NCBI RefSeq assembly: GCF_009914755.1
Contig: NC_060928.1
Reading direction: 5' to 3' (one strand)
DNA from: the human T2T-CHM13v2.0 reference genome, Homo sapiens
DNA length: 64,000 nucleotides
The position numbers and the translations under genes are program-made. Shown piece by piece: positions 54,041 to 64,000 of the stretch (its first letter is position 1; every line of letters begins with the position of its first letter). The notes under the pieces were generated by a model, which was given only the letters and a program-made list of their open reading frames with translations, was not told the DNA's origin and searched no databases.

Positions 54041-54886
54041 ACACACAGAGAAACAGAAGAAAACTACAAGAACTTGCAACTCACTTGAGACAGTTCAGGA
54101 TGCCGAGCCAATGAGATTTCTCGTTTTGCCTCTGGGACAACCATGTGTACTAATTCTGGGAGGCAAATGCATGAGGAGTCACTGGCTAAATTCTGATATT
54201 GATCTGGAAGCACATACTCTGAAAAAGGCAAATTTGGTTTTTGCTATAAAAACAAACAAGCACATAAAAACCTACACCCTCTCTTCTCCTGCTTGCTTTG
54301 GGAATTCAGAACACAGAGCTTAGAAAGCCAGAGACACTGTGACTTCCTTTTCAGAAAAAGGAGAGGCTGAAAGAGGCTGATGCTGGGCAGAGTCTATGAG
54401 CTTTGCATATTCATATCCCTCAGTTGTTCAGCATTAGAAAATTCAGGTAATGAACATGTGAACACTCCAGCAGCCTTTGTATGGCTTGGGGGTTTTCTAG
54501 TCTCATGTTCTCTGTATAGAATTGACTGTGTCAAATCAGGAGGTCCCTACCCGCACCCCCAAATTGAATCAGCACTTGTACATTGAAGTTTTTAACATCA
54601 CCCACAAGATTTTTAAGGGCTTGTCAAAAGAATCTTCATAGTCTCTAGCCATGAATAAAAATGAATTCAGATATCATCCCTATCTCATATTTTATTTCAT
54701 GGGATTAATTTAATTCATTGAGTTAAATAATATGGGCTGTTAAGTAGTTGCTGGTAATAAGTAGAAATTTTTTAATTTTTTAGGAAAACATACCAACTCT
54801 ATTCTGGCATACTACTTTTATATAAATGGTTGAAACTTTTTCTTAATGTTAGCACAGTTACACCTTGATTAAGCAATCCTCTAGGG

Positions 54887-55118
54887 TAGGGATGTTCAAT
54901 CTTTTGGCTTCCCTGGGCCATGTTGGAAGAACAAGAATTGTCTTGGGCTACACGCAAAATACACTAATGCTAATGATAGCTGATGAGCTAAAAAAAAAAA
55001 AAAAGTGGCAAAAAAAAATCTCAAAATGTTTTAAGAAAGCTTACGAATTTGTGTTGAACTGCGCTCAAAGCTGTCCTGGGCCACATGTGGCCTCTGGGCC
55101 ACAGGTTGGACAAGCTTG
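54887..55118. mobile_element. MER30 (hAT-Charlie MITE)
   Basis: caatcttttggcttccctgggcca...ggttggacaagcttg; 8-bp TSD ctctaggg / atctaggg. Confidence 0.92.
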
Positions 55119-55711
55119 ATCTAGGGTAAAAAATGAAATCAGACACATTAAGAAAAAAAAATCTGCAACTATCACGTCAAGTTGATCTGTTTGGTATTTA
55201 TTTGACAATTAAAAGTACTATATGATTATCTCTGCCCACATCTCCTATCAGGCTAAATACAGTTGAAAGTTAATACTAGCCCCGGAAAAACTTGATGTTT
55301 TTAAAGTTTCTTTTGGACATATTGCCCTGGCTAAATATCTGCGTGCCAGGTTATTATTTTAAAATTTGTAAATGATTCAAAGGCTAGAGTTTATAAGCTT
55401 AACCTGAGAAATTTTCTGGCGAGAATTGCTATTTCTTATCTTCATTGAGAATCAAAAAAAAAAAAAAAAGACCAGAAATCTCTACTTCTTCAGCTATTGG
55501 GGTAGACAGTAGGCCTTGGAGGGTGATTCACTCTAGAGTAATGAATGACGGAAATCTTTAGCATTCTGTTATAATAAGACTTTTTCTCTCTGAGCAACTT
55601 ACTGCTTTCAAAGGCTGCTTTTAGGTGACAGTGGCTCCCACTGCCAACCAAAGGCACCCCTAATTCTTAGCAGCTGTTCCTGTCAACAGCTTCTGTTTGG
55701 GAGCCACTCAG

Positions 55712-55850
55712 AGCAGTGTTTATCACAGCGTGCAAAATCATCTGTGGTACTTATGAAAAATTCCTGGACCTCACCCCAAACCTAATGAATCAGAATCTCT
55801 AGGGTAGGCTGTAAATCTGCGTTTCACAAGTTCAGAGTTGAGTTCTGCTT
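55712..55850. mobile_element. MER5-type MITE fragment
   Basis: aattcctggacctcaccccaaacctaatgaatcagaatctctagggtagg. Confidence 0.7.
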
Positions 55851-56389
55851 GCATCTCTTATTGTCTGCTAGTGTGTAGCTGTGCTCCTAAAAGAGCTTTT
55901 AAACAGAACTACTTTAAATGTTCATAGAGTTGCACCAGAACAGGAGAACAGCATGAAATCCCATTATGTCGCAATCCTAGCTATTTGTTTGAGAAATCAG
56001 GGACAGGCTCAGCAGAGACATTTTTTTGGTGAGCAAGTGTGTCTTTTACTGCTTCCTCAAAAACCCTATCCACAACCCTCTTTATCCCTCTTATTCTCAG
56101 CATGTTACCTTACATCCTACCTCATCAAGAAAATAGAAGTGATCATCAGTAGTGCTTCTCTATGATCACTGAATTTCTGGATTTCCTGAAAATCTTTCCT
56201 GGCATCCATTTTTTCAATAATTGTGTGAGCTTCTAACTCCTTGGAATAATTCATTTTTGCTTGAAATTTCTGTATTATTTTGACTTATACAGGCTGCTTC
56301 CAATTCTTTTATTAAAATGATAAAAAACAATTTAAATAATCAATCTAGACTTGATGTCCAAAAATGTCTTTTCCAGAAACACATATTTG

Positions 56390-57325
56390 TTACTTGACAC
56401 ATTAATTGTATACATACGTAACAAGCATCTTAGTCTAAACATAGTCAAAATTGAGCTCCTGATTTTTCCTCCCAAGTCACCTTCTCCTGCAACCTTCACC
56501 AGCTCAATTTAAGACATCACCTTTCTCCACTTGCTCAGGCCAATCACTTTGGTGGCATCTTTAACTCCCTTACTTTTCTCATAACCCACATTCAGTGTAT
56601 CTGCAAAACCTGGCAGTTCTACCTTTAAAATATATCTAGAAGGAGACCACTTCTCACCATCTGCTCTACTCCTTCTCTGGCCCAAGCCACTCAGCTATCA
56701 TCTAGATTAGTGTACTAGCCTTGCTCTCTTCTGCCCACACCCTCTGCAGTCTATTCTCAGCGCAATAGCCAGAGTCATCCTGAAAAACTTAAGGCAAGTA
56801 ATGTCATTTATCTTCTCAAAACCTTCCAGTGGCTTCTTCCTTACTAAGGGTAAAAGAAAAGCTGCTAACTCTTGCCTTTAAGATCCTATATGATCTGGCC
56901 TCTTTACCTCCCTAACTTTCATCACTTTTCACTCTCTCTCTTGTTCTCTCTGCACCAGTCACACTGGCTTCCTTCCTAGTCCTAGAACATGCAATTTATG
57001 CTGACAACTTCTTTGCTTCCTCATTTTGCTATCCTCCCTTTCCTTCAAAAAGTGTCTTCTCTTTGAGGCATTGCCTGGCCACATTACTTGAAATTCCAGT
57101 TTCTTCAACCCCTGATATCTTATATATGCCTTCTTTACTTTTTCTTTTCAGCACTTGAGACTATCCTCCATTCCATATATTTTAATTATTTGCATATTTA
57201 TTCAATCTCCCCTTCCAGAAGATCCAGGAACACAAGATATTTTTTTCGTTTAATATTATGCCCCCAGCACCTAGGATAATGTCTGGCATATAGTAGGTGC
57301 TCAACATGTATTTGGTAGGTATTAA
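56390..57325 (+). mobile_element. L2a 3' region
   Basis: ttgctcaggccaa, aaaaccttccagtggcttc, gtctggcatatagtaggtgctcaa. Confidence 0.85.
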
Positions 57326-57895
57326 GTGATTCTTTTGGAAATGTTAACAGAGATAATTTCTATTGAAGTTGGTGCTGGTTTCTGGGGAAAACATCATGAA
57401 AGTAAGAGTATAAAAGTATTTCCTGCATTTACAGCATTTGGATGATTTACTTCAATCAAGAAATATTTAGTGAGGGCTAGGGTTGGTTCCAAGTCTTTGC
57501 TATTGTGAATAGTGCCGCAATAAACATACATGTGCATGTGTCTTTAGAGCAGCATGATTTATAATCCTTTCGGTATATACCCAGTAATGGGATGGCTAGG
57601 TCAAATGGTATTTCTAGTTCTAGATCTTTGAGGAATCACCACACTGTCTTCCACAATGGTTGAACTAGTTTACAGTCCCACCAACAGTGTAAAAGTGTTC
57701 CTATTTCTCCACATCCTCTCCAGCACCTGTTGTTTCCTGACTTTTTAATGATCACCATTCTAACTGGTATGAGATGGTATCCCATTGTGGTTTTGATTTG
57801 CATTTCTCTGATGGCCAGTGCTGATGAACATTTTTTCATGTGTCTGTTGGCTGCATAAATGTCTTCTTTTGAGAAGCGTCTGTTCATATCCTTCA

Positions 57896-58201
<306 letters not shown>

Positions 58202-58554
58202 TTAAAGTATAATAAAAATAAATAAATAAATAAAAAGAATTGAAAGGGGGAAAAAAGAGAGAATGTCAAAAGACAGAGGGAAGGGGGGATTACAAAGAGC
58301 TGCTCCTACTGCATTCTTTTTATATTAATGGTTAGTGAATACCAGTGTTAGACGTTCACATCACAGTACAAATAAGATGATTTGATTTTAATTTTTAGAC
58401 AAAAGTAGTCTTTCTGCATTCTAGGTCATGCTGATAAAACCTTTTTTGAAAACCAAACTATTCATATAGTCTGTACCAAGCCTTACCTATACATGCAGCT
58501 AGAAAATACCTAGAGGACTTTATTCGTTAACAAATTATCACACATGCATGCTGC

Positions 58555-58757
58555 TCAGAGAGTATGTTTAAGATAGTGGTTAAAAGCACAGGCTCTGAAG
58601 CCATACTGCCTGAGTTTGTTTCCTTTCTGTGCCACTTTTCTATCTCTGTAACTCTTGTCAACTTGCCACTCTCTCTGTACTTCCATTCCTTCACCTGAGA
58701 ACTGATAAGAGTAGGACTTACTACATAGGATGTTGTGAGGATGTTGTAAAGCATTTA
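58555..58757 (+). mobile_element. MIR (within the transduced segment)
   Basis: gatagtggttaaaagcacaggctctgaagcca..ctgcctgagttt..catagga tgttgtgaggat. Confidence 0.75.
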
Positions 58758-58864
58758 TTATTTGGTTCTATATTCAGTCTATTCTGATAACTAAGCAGTT
58801 GGGAGCAGAAATGAAAGACTTTAATTTCTAGGAGTTTTATCTCTGAAATTCTATCTCCTCTAAC

Positions 58865-59068
58865 CTGGAAGAGCTTCTATTCTCTGCCCCTATGGCACCC
58901 TGTGCCACCCCCACCATAGCATATGTTACTGTGCAGTATCTATTGCCTCTCCCACCTACATTAAACTGTAAGCTTCATGAGGACAAAATGTGTGTCTATT
59001 TTATAATCATTATTGCTTCAATGCCTAGCATATAGGTTGTACTCGGTAAATATTTATTGGATGAATGT
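58865..59068 (+). mobile_element. L2 3' end (within the transduced segment)
   Basis: aactgtaagcttcatgaggaca..tgcctagcatatag..gtaaatatttattggatgaatg. Confidence 0.75.
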
Positions 59069-59126
59069 TAAATAAAATGTATTAAAAGAAATATCACAAA
59101 TAAAAAAAGAAATATTTAGTGAGGGC

Positions 59127-60850
59127 ATGGGTTGCTGGGATATAGAGTGATGAATAGATAAAATCATGCTTTCATAAAGCTAAATGTTAGGGTGAAATTA
59201 GAATTTTGGTTCTAGTGGAAGGAGCTAATGATAAATAAATAAAGAAAGTATATAATGCATCACATGAGGGTAAGTGCTGTGGGGAAAAAAAGGAAAAAGG
59301 GGAAGTTAGTCATGGCGTAGATGTGCAATTTTAAATTGAGGACTGGGGAAGGCCTCTCAGAGGAGGTGATAGTTGAATAGAGACCTAAGTGAAGTGAGGG
59401 AGGGAACCAAGTGGATATTTGCAGGGGGAAATGTTCCAGACAGAGAAACTGTGAATACAGAGGCCCTGAGGCAAGAGTATGCCTGGGGTATGGGAGGAGC
59501 CATAACAGGGCTAGGGAGGCTAGACCATAGTGAGCCTGGGGTGGAGGGGGAGGGGTCACAGGGAAGGCCAAGGGGTATCTGGGGCTCAGGTCAGTTGAGT
59601 TCTTGCAGACCAGGGTAAAGCTTTTGGAAAAAGTGAGCTGGAGGGCCATTGGAGGGTTTCAAGCAGAAGAGAGTGATGATCCGGCTTGCATTCTGGAAAG
59701 ATCACTCAGGCTTCTAGGTGGACAATAGGCTGGGAAAGCCGAGGACAGCAGAGCAGCAGTCAAGTTAGTTAGGAAGCCAATGGCTGTCATCTTTGATGGA
59801 GCTGATGGTATCTGAGGAAGTGGTACAAAGCAATAAGGTTTTGCAAATGTTTTGAAGGTGGAGCCAATGGAATTTAAGATTAGATGTGGAATGTGATGGA
59901 AAGCACTTAAGACAACTCCAATATTTTGGGCCTGACTAGCTAGGAGACTGGAGTTACCACTTTGTAAGAAAGGGCAGGTTTTGGTGGGAGGGGCATCGCT
60001 CAAATAAATAAATTGTTACTTTTTAGATGTTAAGTTTGAGATTCTATTAGACATCCAAGTGAAGAGTTTCAGTGTCCAGTTGGGTATGTAAGTCTGGAGC
60101 CTGGGTGAGAGACAGGGACTGAAGATACAAATTTGGGGGGCCTCAGTAGATAGCATTTAAAGCCATAAGGTTGGATGACGTTTTCAGAGAATAAATGGCA
60201 AAGATAGCTGAAGAGATTTCAAAGAGGTAGTTAAGGCCCTCAAACTCACCTTCCTGGAAGAATTAGCTCAGTGATATTAAGATGACTGGAGAGGTTGACA
60301 ATGAACCAAGAGCAAAAATCTTTAAGGATTGATGAAGAGTGATCTGGGAGTCCTTGGTGACTGCAACAGGGATGTGTGATGGGTAGAATTCACAAAGGCA
60401 TGAGATTTGAAGGAGTTGAGAGGTTTGGGGAAGAGGCAAAACCATGGCCTGGAAGTGGCAAGGAAGGGCACAGAGAATAGCTACGACTTCTGGGCCCAGT
60501 TTTAGGAGACAAAAAGATTCACCACCTGAGGGAACTGTAGGGAAAGTAGTGTCCTCAGGGGAGAGCCAGGTTAGAGTTCCAGCAAGATGAGATTAAGGCT
60601 ATGGGGGATTTTTGTTGATGACAGATGTGAGTTCCAGAGGGAACAGAGACAGGAACACTGCTGGCAGGAGGGAGAAAGATCAGGTCAGATTATTACGGGG
60701 TTAACAGAGCCATATGGGGCTGAGTGTTGGAGTGAAGAGGCCTCATCTGGCCTTCTTGAGGCTGCTGAAGTAAACAGGGATGGAGAATACGAAGGGATTA
60801 ACTCTGGTAGATTCTTGGGCTGACAAAGGTGAAGAGGCTGTGAATCACTG
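59127..60850 (-). mobile_element. L2 remnant(s); the 3' tip lies left of the L1 insertion (~57448-57477)
   Basis: ggggaaggcctctcagaggaggtga, gccattggagggtttcaagcag, gttaagtttgagattctattagacatccaagtg. Confidence 0.8.
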
Positions 60851-61359
60851 CAGAGGGAAGTCAGGGTTCGTGCCTATAGCAGACAGAGCTTTGTGGGCTC
60901 ATGGTTCAGTCATTCTGATGATGGTTTGAAGCTAATGCACACACGATGGCACCAGGGACCTGGCCTCTAGTTGCTTTCACATAGTCAATTCATACAATGG
61001 GCCCTCAGTTAGTAATGGCAGAGGAAGTTCTTCATGGCCTTCCATCCGCATGGACAAAATAGTTTCTTCCATCTAAAAGGATAAGGTGACAGATGTTTTC
61101 CTTGGTGTTCTCTAATCCATCACTCCTGAGACCACACACATCCCTCTACATAATGGAAGGGAGGATCGGATTGATTTCTCTTTAGTAAGAAAATCAGTGG
61201 TTCACAAAGTACCTGACTGAGGCTAACTTTAAGTTTAAAAAATATACTTAAGATTCTTTGTTTTGTTGGCTTGGAATTTGAGTCACAATACTTCTGAGGT
61301 TGTTTAATAAGGCTTTCATTAAGAGGGAGACCACTTTTTATGGAAAACATTCACCTGGC

Positions 61360-61360
<1 letters not shown>

Positions 61361-61403
<43 letters not shown>

Positions 61404-61562
61404 TAGAGATGGGGTCTCATCACTGTGCCCAGGCTGGAGTGCAGTGGTTGTTCACAGGCGCGATTATAGCTTACTGTAGCTTCGAACTCCTGTCCTCAAG
61501 GGATACCCCTGTCTCAGCCTCCTGAGGAGCTGAGACGACAGGCACCTGCCACCATGCCCAGC
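61361..61562 (-). mobile_element. FAM (fossil Alu monomer) with (TAT)n tail
   Basis: Monomer retaining the 7SL-derived gcagtggttgttcacaggcgcgat; TSD t(c/t)acctggcttatta at 61351-61365 and 61563-61577. Confidence 0.88.
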
Positions 61563-62409
61563 TTACCTGGCTTATTAAAATAGAGCCTCTCTTAGGGGCC
61601 AGCCTTGAAGTGTGTCTCCTAATGCAGGAAGACTGTGTTGCTGAATGTCCTCCCCCGCAGGGCATTGATGCTGATAGAATCATCTCTGGTTTTCTTTCCA
61701 TTGCTTCTGCAATGAAAATGTTAGTGATGAATTGAGGAATTTAAGGCTGTGAACACTTTTTTTTTTTTTTTTTTTTTCAGGGAGAGTGACATTTAGGAGG
61801 GGAAAAAAAGGAAAGCACTTGAGGGTAAAGGGAGAATGAGTAATACTTCTCTCCCTCTTTCCAAATCAGAAATGGCTTCAATCTTCTTTTTCTCTCATGA
61901 GTCAGAAAAATAAAGTGATACAAAATCCAGTCTATTCTTATGCCTTGAGGCATGACTGCAACTAAACCATTAGGGGATGCAAATGGAATCTTCTCTGACA
62001 AAAATTCAGTGTCTAGCACACTGTCTGGGCCACACACAAAACCACCCATTCGTAAATGGGCTTTTCCTCTGAACATTGGTGGGCAGGCTCTGCGTAAGCA
62101 TGGAGGAAAGTTTGACTTCTAGGCCTATTGAAAGTAAAATAACACTCTAAAATTTTCCTTAAAGTTAACAGATAATAGACTGAGATTGAAATCAGTTTTA
62201 GTCACTGAATTTAAAAAATGAGACATTTCATTAACTTGAGGGCTTTTGAAAAGCAGCACTATTGCTGGGGAGTAGATCATTTGTTTCTAACCTTACTGTT
62301 CTGTAGCCTGGGATTCAACTGTGCTCAGGTAAATTTTGCCCGTCTGCATGCAAATGATAGATAGGATTGAGGCATTCATTTACTATAAGCTCCTATGACT
62401 GCTTAAGAA

Positions 62410-63025
62410 ATACTATGGCAGTTCCTCCAAAAAATTAAAAACAGAATTACCATATGACCCAACAATTCCACTCCTGGGTGTATACTCAGGAGAATTGAAA
62501 TCAGGGTCTCAGAGATATTTGTGAATTTGTATACACATAATCATAGAAGTATCATTTGCAAGAGCCAAAATGTAGAATCAACACCAATGTCCGCCGAGAG
62601 CGACTGGATAAATAAAATGTGATACATGCATTAATGAAATATTATTTAGCCTTGAAAAGGAATGAAATTCTGACACATGCTACAACATGGATGAACCTAA
62701 ATGACATTAGGCTAAGTGAAATAAGCCAGTCACAGAAAGACAAATACTCTGTGATTCCACTTATATGAAGTACCTAGAGTGTCAAATTCATAGAGATAGA
62801 AAGTAGAATGGTGGCTTGCCGGAGGAGCATGGTGGGGGAGGGAAATGAGGACTTAGTGTTTAATGGGTATAGAGTTTCAGTTTAGGATGATGAAAAAGTT
62901 GGAGATGGTTAGTGGTGGTGGAAGAGCAATGTGAATGTGCTTAACAACACTGACCTGTACAGTTAAAAATGGTTAAGATATTATAGTAAATTTTGTTAAG
63001 TGTATTTTGCCACAATTTTTAAAAA
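62410..63025 (+). mobile_element. L1MB 3' end
   Basis: ggcagttcctccaaaaaattaaaaacagaattaccatatgaccc...gggtatagagtttcagttt..aaaatggttaag. Confidence 0.9.
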
Positions 63026-63119
63026 GCTAATGGATTTACCTATTGTAGGCATTTTATATAAATGAATTCATGCAATATGTGACTGGCTTCTTTTACTTAC
63101 CAAAATGTTTTCAAGATTA

Positions 63120-64000
<881 letters not shown>

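Noticed and set aside
61340-61525. Poly-tyrosine ORF
   Set aside because: Translation of the (TAT)n FAM tail
61757-61830. T-run followed by cag as a splice acceptor of a small exon
   Set aside because: Weak downstream donor, no recognisable peptide; T-runs are common

Overview
Primate (human-like) nuclear DNA, intergenic or intronic and dominated by transposable elements. I cannot support any cellular protein-coding exon. Every long ORF comes from LINE-1 (L1) or an endogenous retrovirus (ERV). Contents include a full-length L1PA3/4-type element with an open ORF1 (22625-28798, -), a ~8 kb older L1PA15/16-type element (9448-17486, -), an internally deleted HERV-L provirus, a MER41 solo LTR, many MaLR LTRs, Alus, a FAM monomer, hAT/mariner MITEs, L2/MIR relics and a full-length U1 snRNA retrocopy. 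The structures a plain repeat annotation would miss are: (1) an L1 insertion combining a 5' inversion with an ~860-bp 3' transduction inside a perfect 20-bp target-site duplication (TSD) (57458-59126); (2) a TA-rich patch with two short copies of neighbouring sequence and a perfect 32-bp inverted repeat (35735-36105), plus two more local templated duplications; (3) a U1 retrocopy carrying a 3' extension inside its TSD; (4) an in-frame ERV RNase H / L1 ORF2 junction with no visible TSD. These are instances of known mechanisms, and I see no evidence for a wholly new biological system. Subfamily names are from recalled consensus sequences, and the boundaries of old repeats are approximate.
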